Below, one piece after another: positions 28,557 to 37,948 of a stretch of DNA of 64,000 bases. Numbering within the stretch: position 1 is the stretch's first letter; each line of letters starts with the position of its first letter. The stretch lies in assembly GCA_040901675.1 (NCBI GenBank), contig JBBDYJ010000010.1, forward strand, positions 170,599 through 234,598, written 5' to 3'. Both the position numbers and the translations under genes were made by a program. The DNA is from Pirellulales bacterium (GTDB lineage Bacteria > Planctomycetota > Planctomycetia > Pirellulales > JAICIG01). Under the pieces are notes generated by a model. It searched no databases. It was not told the origin of the DNA and worked only from the letters and a program-made list of their open reading frames with translations.

Positions 28557-29822
28557 TTAGGACGCGATTTTGGCGTTGGGCAGGGCCTGCTGAAGCTGCT
28601 GGGCGCCGACGGCGGTCACGCGGGATTGCTTGAGCTCGAGCGCCTTCAAGTTCGCCAGGCCGCGCAGGTGCGCCAAGCCCGCATCGGTCACCCGCGTTTG
28701 AGAGAGATCCAGCTCCTGGAGGCCGGACAGCTCTTTGAGGTGCACCAGTCCCTCGTCGCCGATCAAGGTGTCCTGCAGGCTGAGCCACTGCAGCTTGTCG
28801 AGGCCGGCCAGGTGCTCAAGGCCCGCGTCGGTGATGCGGGTGTGCCACAGGTTCAGCCGCCGCAGGTTGCCGAATCCGGCCAACTGCGCCAGACCCGCGT
28901 CGGCGACAAGTGTTTCGCTCAGGTCGAGGATCTCCAGGTTCGCGAGTCCCTTGAGATGGGCCAGCCCGGCGCCGCTGATCGGGATGTCGCGCAGCGACAG
29001 CCGCTTGAGCTTGCTGAAGTCCTTCAGGTTCACCAGCCCGGCGTCGGTCACCGCGGAGCAACGGAAGATGAAAAGCTCGTCCAGGTCGGTGAGATGCTTC
29101 AAGTGTTTCAGGCCGGCGTCGGTGATGGCGGCGTCTTCGAGGGCGATCCCCTTCAGCCGCGTCAGGCCCGCCAGGTGGGCCAGGCCTTCGTCGCTGACAG
29201 CCGGGTTGCGCAGCCGGAGCCGCTCGAGGTTGGTCAACCCCTTCAGTTGGGCCAGGCCGATGTTCGAAACGCGGACACAGCCCCGCAGGTCGAGCACCCG
29301 CAGCCGCGTCATGCCCTTGATGTTGGCCAGCCCCCGGTTGCCGATGTTGTTGTACAACAGGTGCAACTGTTCCAGCTTCGGCAGCTCGTTGAGGTGGACC
29401 AGCCCCGCGTCGGTCAGATCGGTCGAGCGGCGCAAATTGAGCGATTTGAGCTTGTCCAGCCCGACCAGGTGGGCCAGCCCGGCGCTGGTGAGCTGGGTAT
29501 TCTCGAGCGTGAGGTCCTCCAGGTTCTTGAGCGGCACGATGTGCGCCAGGCCGGAGTCGTCGATGCCGGCGCCCCACAGCTTGAGCCGCTTCAGGTGCGC
29601 GAGGTCCGCCAACAACTTGACGTCGTCGTTGGTGGTCCGCCGCTCGAAGAGGTCGACGCCGACGACCTGCTTGCCGGCGTCGTAAGCGATCGTGCCGCCC
29701 AGCTCTTCGATTCGCCGAACGGCCGCCTCGGCGCCGGATGTCTGGGCCACGACGGATGTCTGGGGCACGGCCGGGGCGACCATCAGGATGGATATGAGCA
29801 TGAAGAGCGTCGCCCGTAACAT
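28557..29822 (-). CDS. Secreted leucine-rich repeat protein (about 14 repeats of about 24 aa)
   Basis: Signal peptide, then repeated LxxLxLxxTxITDAGLxHL; C-terminal LQQALPNAKI cap. Confidence 0.92.
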   Translation of the reverse strand: MLRATLFMLISILMVAPAVPQTSVVAQTSGAEAAVRRIEELGGTIAYDAGKQVVGVDLFERRTTNDDVKLLADLAHLKRLKLWGAGIDDSGLAHIVPLKNLEDLTLENTQLTSAGLAHLVGLDKLKSLNLRRSTDLTDAGLVHLNELPKLEQLHLLYNNIGNRGLANIKGMTRLRVLDLRGCVRVSNIGLAQLKGLTNLERLRLRNPAVSDEGLAHLAGLTRLKGIALEDAAITDAGLKHLKHLTDLDELFIFRCSAVTDAGLVNLKDFSKLKRLSLRDIPISGAGLAHLKGLANLEILDLSETLVADAGLAQLAGFGNLRRLNLWHTRITDAGLEHLAGLDKLQWLSLQDTLIGDEGLVHLKELSGLQELDLSQTRVTDAGLAHLRGLANLKALELKQSRVTAVGAQQLQQALPNAKIAS

Positions 29823-30048
29823 GGATGCACCGCCTGAGGGGTTGAACCGATGGCCGGCCTTGGCCGCGAAAGAGCTTTTAAGATAATTGGCTGGCCGGAA
29901 CAAGGCAAATCGGGGCCGCGAGGGACAAGCCGATGTGGGAGCCAAAAAACCTTTGTGGCGGGGAGTGCCTTGCGGTATGGTAAAGACTTAAGTGGCTGAG
30001 TTTTTCGTGGAAACCGTCCTTCGTGGAAACAATCAAGGAGATCCTTCC

Positions 30049-31362
30049 ATGCCGCATCAAACCAGTCGTCGCCATTTCTTGAAAGCAACCGCCGCGACGG
30101 GAGTGGGATTTTGGGTCGCCGGCGGCCTCAGGGCCGACGAATCGAAGTCGCCGAACGAGCGAATCCGCTTTGCCTGCATCGGCGTGGGAGGCAAGGGATC
30201 GAGCGACTCGGAAGACGCCGGGCGGTTCGGCGACGTGGTCGCCATCTGCGATATCGACGAGCAGAAGCTGGACGCGGCCGCGATCAAATTCCCCCAAGCA
30301 AAGAAATACTTTGATTTTCGCAAGTTGCTGGATGAAATGGGCGATCGGATCGACGCGGTCACCGTGAGCACGCCCGACCACACGCATGCCGTGGCGGCCG
30401 CCATGGCCATGCGGATGGGCAAGCACTGCTTCTGCCAGAAGCCGCTCACGCACTCGCTGTTCGAGGCCCGCACGCTGGCCCGGATCGCCCGCGAGAAGCA
30501 GGTGGCCACGCAGATGGGCAACCAGGGAACGGCCCTGAGCGGTCTGCGCAAAGCAGCGGCCATTGTCCAGGCCGGCGCCCTGGGCACGGTCAAGGAAGTC
30601 CATGTCTGGACGAACCGCCCCGTCTGGCCGCAGGGGGGCGAGCGCGACTTGGAAGAACCGGCCCCATCCTACGTGCATTGGGAGGAGTGGCTCGGCCCGG
30701 CCCCCTATCGCCCGCACGCGGCCGGCTATCACCCCTTCGCCTGGCGCGGCTGGTGGGATTTCGGCACGGGTGCTTTGGGCGACATGGCCTGCCACACGAT
30801 GAACATGCCCTTCAAGGCCCTCGACCTGCGCGATCCGGTTTCGGTCGTGGCTGAAACCACCGGCCACAACAAGGACAGCTATCCGAGCAAGTCGATCATC
30901 CGCTTCGAGTTCGCCGCCAGCGGCAAGCGGCCCGCCTTGAGCCTGACCTGGTACGACGGCAGCCATCTGCCCGACAAGGAACTGCTCAACGGCAACGATC
31001 CGAAAGCCAGTGGCTCCATCATCATCGGCGAAAAGGGCAAGCTCTACTCGCCCGATGATAACGGCGCCGAATACTACCTGCTTGGAGACGTCGACGAGCC
31101 TGAGGTGGATTACGTTCAGCCCTTGGACGGCGAGTCGGCCCACTTCGCCGAGTGGGTGGCGGCCATCAAGGGCGGATCGCCGGCCGCGTCGAACTTCCCC
31201 GACTACGCCGGCCCGCTCACCGAGACGGTGCTCTTGGGCAACCTGGCCGTTTGGGCCTCGGGAAAGAAGATCGAGTGGGACGCCAAGAACCTCAAGGCCA
31301 CCAACGCCCCCGAGGTCGAGCCGATCATCAAGACGACCTACCGCGAAGGTTATTCGCTCTGA
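30049..31362 (+). CDS. Tat-exported Gfo/Idh/MocA family oxidoreductase
   Basis: SRRHFLK, IGVGGKG, STPDHTHA, CQKPL, GALGDMACH. Confidence 0.92.
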   Translation: MPHQTSRRHFLKATAATGVGFWVAGGLRADESKSPNERIRFACIGVGGKGSSDSEDAGRFGDVVAICDIDEQKLDAAAIKFPQAKKYFDFRKLLDEMGDRIDAVTVSTPDHTHAVAAAMAMRMGKHCFCQKPLTHSLFEARTLARIAREKQVATQMGNQGTALSGLRKAAAIVQAGALGTVKEVHVWTNRPVWPQGGERDLEEPAPSYVHWEEWLGPAPYRPHAAGYHPFAWRGWWDFGTGALGDMACHTMNMPFKALDLRDPVSVVAETTGHNKDSYPSKSIIRFEFAASGKRPALSLTWYDGSHLPDKELLNGNDPKASGSIIIGEKGKLYSPDDNGAEYYLLGDVDEPEVDYVQPLDGESAHFAEWVAAIKGGSPAASNFPDYAGPLTETVLLGNLAVWASGKKIEWDAKNLKATNAPEVEPIIKTTYREGYSL

Positions 31363-31394
31363 TTCGGCGATTCGGGTAGCGAGGAAGCAAACCA

Positions 31395-31425
31395 GGCCGC
31401 GAGTGGGTGCAATCCACTCGCGGCC
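31395..31425 (+). terminator. 12-bp stem hairpin, possible terminator or stabiliser
   Basis: ggccgcgagtgg-gtgcaat-ccactcgcggcc followed by gttgt. Confidence 0.5.
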
Positions 31426-31451
31426 GTTGTGCATTGAAAGGAGGCATTCCC

Positions 31452-31961
31452 ATGGCCGAGAACGACCTGCCGCAAGTGTCGCTCCAGACGTCGCAGGGCG
31501 ACGTGGTAATCGAGCTGTTCGAAGACCAGGCGCCGGGCACTGTGGCCAACTTCATCAACCTGGTCGAGCAAGGGTTCTACGACGGTCTGAAGTTTCACCG
31601 GGTGATCGACAACTTCATGGCCCAGGGGGGATGCCCCAAGGGGACCGGCACCGGCGGGCCCGGCTATTCAATCGCCTGCGAGTGCTACCGCCCGGACGCA
31701 CGCCGGCATGCCCGCGGCAGCCTGAGCATGGCCCATGCCGGCAAGGACTCGGGCGGCTCCCAGTTCTTCATCACGTTCAAGGCCACGCAGCACCTCGATG
31801 GCAAGCATACGGTGTTCGGGCAGGTGATCACGGGGATGGAGGCGGTCGACAAGCTGCGCCGAAGCGATGCCGGCGGCCAGCCCGACAAGATCGTCGAGGC
31901 CCGCGTGCTCCGGAAGCGCGACCACCCCTACGAGTTCAAAAAGCTCCCCTCCCGCCGCTAA
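31452..31961 (+). CDS. Cyclophilin-type peptidyl-prolyl cis-trans isomerase
   Basis: [55 protein letters not shown]. Confidence 0.95.
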   Translation: MAENDLPQVSLQTSQGDVVIELFEDQAPGTVANFINLVEQGFYDGLKFHRVIDNFMAQGGCPKGTGTGGPGYSIACECYRPDARRHARGSLSMAHAGKDSGGSQFFITFKATQHLDGKHTVFGQVITGMEAVDKLRRSDAGGQPDKIVEARVLRKRDHPYEFKKLPSRR

Positions 31962-31988
31962 ACCAGAATCGAAAACCAAGAATAGCCC

Positions 31989-34900
31989 ATGCCTTCCCGG
32001 AAAGTTTGTCCTCTCCTGGCCTGCCTCGCCTGCCTGGTCAGCGTGACATCGGCGTCGGCCGACGATGCTCCTTTGCCGCTCGACGTGGCGGCCCAGTCGA
32101 TGACGCTGCCCGAGGGATTTCAGGCGACGCTGTTCGCGGGCGAGCCCGACGTGGTCCAGCCGATTGCCATGGCCTTCGACGACCGGGGCCGGCTGTGGGT
32201 GGTCGAGTGCCTTTCGTACCCCGACTGGAGCCGTGACGGGCAGGGCCGCGACCGCGTGCTGATCTTCGACGACCGCGACGGCGACGGCCGGTTCGACGAG
32301 CGCACGGTGTTCTTCGACCAGGGGAGCAACCTGTCGGGGATCGAGCTGGGATACGGCGGGGTCTGGCTCTGCTCGACTCCCAACTTGCTGTTCATTCCCG
32401 ATCGCGACGGCGACGATCGGCCGGACGGGCCCCCGGAAGTAATTCTTGACGGCTGGGACCTGGAGGCCAAGCACAACGTGTTCAACGGCCTCTGCTGGGG
32501 TCCGGACGGCTGGCTGTACGGGCTCAACGGCATCCTCTCGAACTCGCTGGTCGGCAAGCCCGGCACGCCCTCCGAACAGCGGCAGGCCATCAACTGCGGC
32601 GTCTGGCGCTATCACCCCACTGGGCAAACGTTCGAGGTCGTGGCCCACGGGACCACCAACGCCTGGGGCATCGACTTCGACGAGGCCGGCGAGCTGTTCA
32701 TCACCAATTGCGTGATCGGGCATCTCTGGCACGTTGTGCCGGGGGCCCGGTTCCAGCGCATGTTCGGCCAGGACTTCAACCCGTATTCGTACCAGCTCAT
32801 GGAAAGCTGCGCCGACCATATCCATTGGGCCGGCGGCGCCTGGTATTCGTCGCGCGGAGGGCAGGGCGAGCATTCCAAAACAGGCGGCGGCCATGCTCAC
32901 TCCGGCGCCATGGTTTACTTGGGCGACAACTGGCCCGACGAACACCGCGGCAACCTGTTCACCGTGAACATCCACGGCAACCGGGTGAATCGCGATCTGT
33001 TCGAGCGGGCCGGGTCGGGTTACGTCGCCCGTCATGGCCCGGACTTTCTGTTCGCCAACGACACCTGGTTTCGCGGGCTGGCGCTGCGGTATGGGCCCGA
33101 CGGCGGGGTGTATCTCTGCGACTGGACCGACAGTGGCGAGTGCCACGATTACGAAGACATTCATCGCGACAACGGCCGGATCTACAAGATCGCTTATGGC
33201 CAGACCAGGGCTGTCCAGGTGGACCTGGCCCGGCTCGGCGACCTCGAGCTCGTCGAGCTCATGCTGCACAAGAACGACTGGTTCGTGTCGCACGCCCGGC
33301 GGATCCTTGCCGAGCGGGCCGCCGCGGGCCCGATCGATCCGCAAGCCCGCGCCGGTCTGCTGCGAATGCTCGACGAGCACCCGGACGTTTCGCGGCGGCT
33401 GCGCGCCCTGTGGGCCTTGCACGTTACCGGCAGCTTGCAGCCGGCGCTGCTGAACCGGCAGCTCGACAGCGAAGCAGAGCACCTGCGCGCCTGGGCCGTG
33501 CGGCTGGAACTGGAAGACCACCTGGCGCCGCCGCAAGTGCTCAATCGCCTGGCCGACATGGCCCGCCACGATCCGTCGGCGGTCGTACGGCTCAGCCTGG
33601 CCAGCGGGCTTCAGCGACTGCCGCCCGCCGACCGCTGGGAGATCGCCGCGGCCCTGGCGCTGCGTGGCGAAGACGCCGAAGATGCAAACCTGCCCTTGAT
33701 GCTCTGGTATGCCGTCGAGCCGCTGGTTGCCCTGGACATCGAGCGGTCGGTTCGCCTGGCGGCCGACGCGGCTTTGCCCCAGTTGCGGCAGAACCTGGCC
33801 CGCCGCATCGCCACGCTGGCCGTGGCCGGCGGCCAGGACATCGTCGACGTCAAGCCGCTCGAATCGCTGTCCCGCATACTCGGCCAGGTCGATCGTCGGG
33901 AAGTCCAGCACGACATCCTGGAGGGCATGCGGCTGGCGTTGGCCGGCCGCCGCCGGCTGGGCATCCCCGGCGGCTGGCATGACGCGGCCAAGGCGTTGGC
34001 CGCGGGGGGCGACCCGCGCGTGCTGGAGGCGGCCAGTATGCTCGCGCTCGTCTTTGGCGATCCGGATGCTTTTGCCCATTTCCGCGTGCTTGTGCAGGAC
34101 TCGCATGCCGAGCCGGCACTCCGCCGCCGAGCGCTGGAGGCCTTGGTACAGCAGCAGGATGCCGAGCTGCCCGCTCTGCTCTTGGAGCTTCTGCCCAACC
34201 GCGAGCTGCGCGGCCCGATCCTGCGAGCCATGGCCGCCTACGACGACGCGCGCATTCCCGAGGCAATTCTGCGCGCATACCAGACGTTTGATGCAACCGA
34301 GCGCGACGACGCGCTGGCCACGTTGGCATCGCGGCGTGGCTACGCTCTGGCGCTGTTGGATGCCTTGGACGGGGGAGTGGTCGAGCGGCGGGACGTCTCG
34401 GCCTTCACGGTTCGGCAGCTCCAAAGCATAAACGATCCGGCCGTCGACACGAAACTGACCGAGGTGTGGGGCGCCAGCCGGCCGACGCCGATGGACAAAA
34501 GCGCCTTGATTGCCGACTACAAACGCTTGCTCGGCGTGGATTTTTTGGCGAGCGCCCATCTCTCACGAGGCCGGCTGCTGTTTGCGCGGCACTGTGCCGC
34601 CTGTCACCGGCTGTATGACGAAGGCCACCAGGTCGGCCCTGATCTGACCGGCTCGCAGCGGTCCAACCTCGACTACGTGCTGGAGAACCTCGTCGACCCC
34701 AATGCGCTGGTGGGCCGCGACTACCAGATGACCATCATCCAAACCGTCGACGGCCGCGTGATCAACGGGATCATTACAGCCGAGGAGAACGGCACGCTGA
34801 CGATACAAAGCCAGAATGAGCGGATCCTGATCCGCGAGGAGGAGATCGACGAGCGGCAGGCTTCCAGCGTCTCGCTGATGCCGGAGGGGCAGATGGAAAA

Positions 34901-35003
34901 GCTGACGGCTGAGGAGATCCGCGACCTGGTGGCTTACCTGGGCAGCAAGGAACAGCCGCCGTTGCCCGCGGAGGCGGCCGGTGCGCCGCTGGAGGAGCAG
35001 TGA
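31989..35003 (+). CDS. PVC-type heme-binding CxxCH protein
   Basis: Signal peptide, FDDRGRLWVVE, WGPDGWLYG, HEAT-like region, CAACH, GPDLTG, SLMPEG. Confidence 0.9.
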   Translation: MPSRKVCPLLACLACLVSVTSASADDAPLPLDVAAQSMTLPEGFQATLFAGEPDVVQPIAMAFDDRGRLWVVECLSYPDWSRDGQGRDRVLIFDDRDGDGRFDERTVFFDQGSNLSGIELGYGGVWLCSTPNLLFIPDRDGDDRPDGPPEVILDGWDLEAKHNVFNGLCWGPDGWLYGLNGILSNSLVGKPGTPSEQRQAINCGVWRYHPTGQTFEVVAHGTTNAWGIDFDEAGELFITNCVIGHLWHVVPGARFQRMFGQDFNPYSYQLMESCADHIHWAGGAWYSSRGGQGEHSKTGGGHAHSGAMVYLGDNWPDEHRGNLFTVNIHGNRVNRDLFERAGSGYVARHGPDFLFANDTWFRGLALRYGPDGGVYLCDWTDSGECHDYEDIHRDNGRIYKIAYGQTRAVQVDLARLGDLELVELMLHKNDWFVSHARRILAERAAAGPIDPQARAGLLRMLDEHPDVSRRLRALWALHVTGSLQPALLNRQLDSEAEHLRAWAVRLELEDHLAPPQVLNRLADMARHDPSAVVRLSLASGLQRLPPADRWEIAAALALRGEDAEDANLPLMLWYAVEPLVALDIERSVRLAADAALPQLRQNLARRIATLAVAGGQDIVDVKPLESLSRILGQVDRREVQHDILEGMRLALAGRRRLGIPGGWHDAAKALAAGGDPRVLEAASMLALVFGDPDAFAHFRVLVQDSHAEPALRRRALEALVQQQDAELPALLLELLPNRELRGPILRAMAAYDDARIPEAILRAYQTFDATERDDALATLASRRGYALALLDALDGGVVERRDVSAFTVRQLQSINDPAVDTKLTEVWGASRPTPMDKSALIADYKRLLGVDFLASAHLSRGRLLFARHCAACHRLYDEGHQVGPDLTGSQRSNLDYVLENLVDPNALVGRDYQMTIIQTVDGRVINGIITAEENGTLTIQSQNERILIREEEIDERQASSVSLMPEGQMEKLTAEEIRDLVAYLGSKEQPPLPAEAAGAPLEEQ

Positions 35004-35068
35004 CGGCGGAACTTTTCACGACGGACGCACGTCAATGCAAGAGGCCCATTTTTCAAAGGCAGAGTCAC

Positions 35069-36910
35069 ATGCAAGGCAAGTTGCGGTTGGCGGTCGCCCT
35101 GGGAACCTGGATGGTGGTGGCTGCCGGCCTGGCGGCCAGGGGAGCTGAAGTGCCGCGGCGGGACGAGTCGCCTCCGCCCGAGGCGCCGCAGGTAGTCTGG
35201 GAAGTCCAGGGCAAGAAATTCGTGGTGCGAGTCGACGGCAGTGGGCAGGTGCTGGCGGTGGGGCTGCCGGAAGATTCGGCGTTTGGCGACGACCTGGGGA
35301 CGGTGGAAGCCCCCATTCAACCCACGCTGACAGGGCTTGGTTCGGAGCATTTCGTTTCCGCGTCGGCGCTGGCCCAGAAGGCCAAGCAGTTCGACGACGG
35401 CTTGTATGCGGCGGTTGAGCTGGCGGCGCAGAACGGGTTGGGCAAGTTCCCGGGCAAGAGGCTGCTGCTGCGGGAGGTCGGCACGCGGTTGGCCAGGCTG
35501 CCCGCGGCCCAGCCTGGCCAGCCGGGCAGCATCGTGCTGGCCGCCGGCCAGGTGGCTCGACTCGAGCTGCCGCTCAAGGGGAGGGTTCAGGCCACAATGG
35601 ATGCCACCTTGAGAGACTTTTTGGCCGACGAGCTGCGGTCCAAGCCGCTGGGGTTTTATACCTGGTCCAACGATCTGCGGGCCATCTTCCAGCAGGACCG
35701 GCTGCTGCAAAGCGAGCTAAAGGGCCAAACAGGGATCGCGGCCGTGGTCGCGGCCCTGGCGGCCGACAGCCAATCCCGCGCGACATACGAGTCGTACCTG
35801 CGGCTGACCGAGAAACTGACCAATCCGCTGGCTCACCCCGACCTGCGGGCGCTCGTCGAACGAGCGGTAGCCGGCCGATTCGAAGCGCCGGAGGACAAAG
35901 TACACTTCTTTCCGCCTTCCGTCTCGCACGAGGGGGCACTGGTCATGCGATTGTTCGGCAACCGGCCCATCCCGGAGGGTTTTAATCTGGCCGACGCGCT
36001 GATCGAGCGGATCCGATCCGGCGAAATCGAGCTGGAGCCGAAGGACAACTCCGGCTGGTACGACTACCAGACGTGGGCGCTGGAGCCGCTGGTTGTGCCC
36101 GAGCGAATGCCGGAGCATGAGCACCTCGAGCTCAACGACGAATACCGAAAGCAGCTTGTCGAGTTGTTCAAGGGGATTCTCACGCTGACGCGCGAGACGC
36201 ACGTCAAGCAACTCGAAATCCCAGCGCCCGCCGCCGCGGCGCCTGGAGATGACGATCCTGAACCGCGGGAGACCATCTTTGTGGGCCCACAGCTTACCGT
36301 CGAGCCGCTGCCGGCGATGTACCTGCGCAGGGCTGTCGGCTACCGTTTTGTGCAGGCCGTTCTGGAAGAAACGTTCGGCGCCGACGCGCTAGCGAAGATG
36401 CACCGTATGACGGCCCGTGGGCCGGTGGGACCCGACCTGGCAAGCGAGCTGGACCAGATGCACGCGCTGTTCCACGGCGCCCACGTGACCAGCAGCCGCC
36501 AGATGGGCATCGAGGTCCAGGGCGAGGGAGCCGACGCCGACGCCGGCGCGCTGTTGACCTGGGCGCGCGACATCGCGACCGACGCCGACATGGGGCAGGA
36601 TGCCCGCGCCATGGTGCCGGTGTTCTACGACCAGATGCGCAAGAAGACCAAGGTCTGGGTATTTTTGGGCTGGTCGGCCAAGCCGGTGACGGTTCACTTT
36701 GCCAAGCAGCCGGAGTTTGAGGTGCTGGACACCGACGGCAAAAAGGCGGCAGGCAGGCTGCCGGAGGTGCTCTTTACATCCGGCTACCACTCGCTGGCAT
36801 ATCCGGTCTCGGCGGAAGTTTACGTCACCCGGCTCATGAACCGCGATGAGTTTCGCCGGCACTGCGATCGCTACAAGACGCGATCAGCCATTCTCAAGAA
36901 CCTCCGTTAG
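35069..36910 (+). CDS. Secreted hypothetical protein
   Basis: Long ORF with host-like codon use and signal-peptide-like N-terminus; no confidently recognised domain. Confidence 0.75.
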   Translation: MQGKLRLAVALGTWMVVAAGLAARGAEVPRRDESPPPEAPQVVWEVQGKKFVVRVDGSGQVLAVGLPEDSAFGDDLGTVEAPIQPTLTGLGSEHFVSASALAQKAKQFDDGLYAAVELAAQNGLGKFPGKRLLLREVGTRLARLPAAQPGQPGSIVLAAGQVARLELPLKGRVQATMDATLRDFLADELRSKPLGFYTWSNDLRAIFQQDRLLQSELKGQTGIAAVVAALAADSQSRATYESYLRLTEKLTNPLAHPDLRALVERAVAGRFEAPEDKVHFFPPSVSHEGALVMRLFGNRPIPEGFNLADALIERIRSGEIELEPKDNSGWYDYQTWALEPLVVPERMPEHEHLELNDEYRKQLVELFKGILTLTRETHVKQLEIPAPAAAAPGDDDPEPRETIFVGPQLTVEPLPAMYLRRAVGYRFVQAVLEETFGADALAKMHRMTARGPVGPDLASELDQMHALFHGAHVTSSRQMGIEVQGEGADADAGALLTWARDIATDADMGQDARAMVPVFYDQMRKKTKVWVFLGWSAKPVTVHFAKQPEFEVLDTDGKKAAGRLPEVLFTSGYHSLAYPVSAEVYVTRLMNRDEFRRHCDRYKTRSAILKNLR

Positions 36911-36983
36911 CACGGCACGGCCTTTGCACCGCTGAAGACCTCCGCTTGTCTATAATGAATGACGGCCCAGGGAGGAACCAAGA

Positions 36984-37481
36984 ATGCCTACGCAAGCGAC
37001 ACAGGCACGCTCACAGCGATTCGACAGCAAGCAACAGCCGAAGGGCGGACGCCAGCAGGTCGACGACCTGATCGCCGGATTGAACGAGGACCTGGCAGGC
37101 GAAATGCAGGCCGTGATTATGTACACCCAGTACTCGGCCATGCTGACCGGTCCTTACCGCAAGGAGCTGCGGTCTTTGTTCCAGGCCGAAATTGCCGACG
37201 AGCAGCGCCATGCGCAGTTCCTGGCCGACAAGATCGCCGCGCTGGGCGGTGAGCCTGGCACGACGCCGCGAGCCGTTCCCGAGGCACGCGGGCCCAAAGA
37301 AATGCTCGAACGGGTGCTCGAGGCGGAAAAGCAGGCCATCGACGACTACAAGCAGCGCGCCGAGCAGGCCGAGGCGTTCGGCGACGTCGGGCTCAAGGTC
37401 GAGCTGGAGAACCAGATCAGCGACGAGACTCGCCACAAGGAGGAAATCGAGCGCATCCTGGCTGGGTGGGACGACGCATGA
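36984..37481 (+). CDS. Ferritin-like (bacterioferritin-related) di-iron protein
   Basis: LNEDLAGEMQA..Y, DEQRHA, EKQAIDDY, DETRH: two ExxH motifs in a four-helix bundle; GGAGGA RBS. Confidence 0.88.
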   Translation: MPTQATQARSQRFDSKQQPKGGRQQVDDLIAGLNEDLAGEMQAVIMYTQYSAMLTGPYRKELRSLFQAEIADEQRHAQFLADKIAALGGEPGTTPRAVPEARGPKEMLERVLEAEKQAIDDYKQRAEQAEAFGDVGLKVELENQISDETRHKEEIERILAGWDDA

Positions 37482-37939
37482 CAACCTGGATCCTGGTGGC
37501 CGACGGCAGCCGGGCGCGGATCTTTTCATCCGAGGCGCCCGGAAGCCGCTGGAAGTTGGTCAACGAGTTCGACCATCCGCCCAGCCGGGCCAAGGGAGTT
37601 GATCTCGAAACCGACGACCGTGGGCGGCAACGGCAAAGCTTTGGCGTCGGAAATCGGCCGGCGATGGAGCCTACCACGGCGCCCAAGGTGGTCGAGGCCG
37701 ACCGTTTTGCGCGCGAACTGGCGCAGGCTCTCGACGATGCCTTCAATCGCCGCGAGTTCGACGCGCTGGCCCTGGTCGCCGCGCCGGAGTTCCTCGGCCG
37801 TTTGCGCAGCGCGCTCACCTCGCAGGTGGCCAAGCAGGTGGTCGCCAGCATCGACAAGGACTACAACGGGTCGGATGCCCGCGAGCTGGCCCGCCGGTTG
37901 GACGAGGCGGTCCATCCGGCCAAGCGGCCCAAGAAGTAA
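37478..37939 (+). CDS. Host-attachment family protein (baeRF/aeRF1-related fold)
   Basis: TWILVADGSRARIF, D..GR, FARELA..L, LVAAPEFLGRLR, IDKD motifs; ATGA overlap with ferritin gene. Confidence 0.85.
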   Translation: MTTWILVADGSRARIFSSEAPGSRWKLVNEFDHPPSRAKGVDLETDDRGRQRQSFGVGNRPAMEPTTAPKVVEADRFARELAQALDDAFNRREFDALALVAAPEFLGRLRSALTSQVAKQVVASIDKDYNGSDARELARRLDEAVHPAKRPKK

Positions 37940-37948
37940 CTTCGCCAG

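Noticed and set aside
31668..34559. Long antisense ORFs (also 17492-19888, 42687-44558, 57794-59692, 61686-63746)
   Set aside because: Shadow frames of high-GC genes on the opposite strand with no recognisable motifs.
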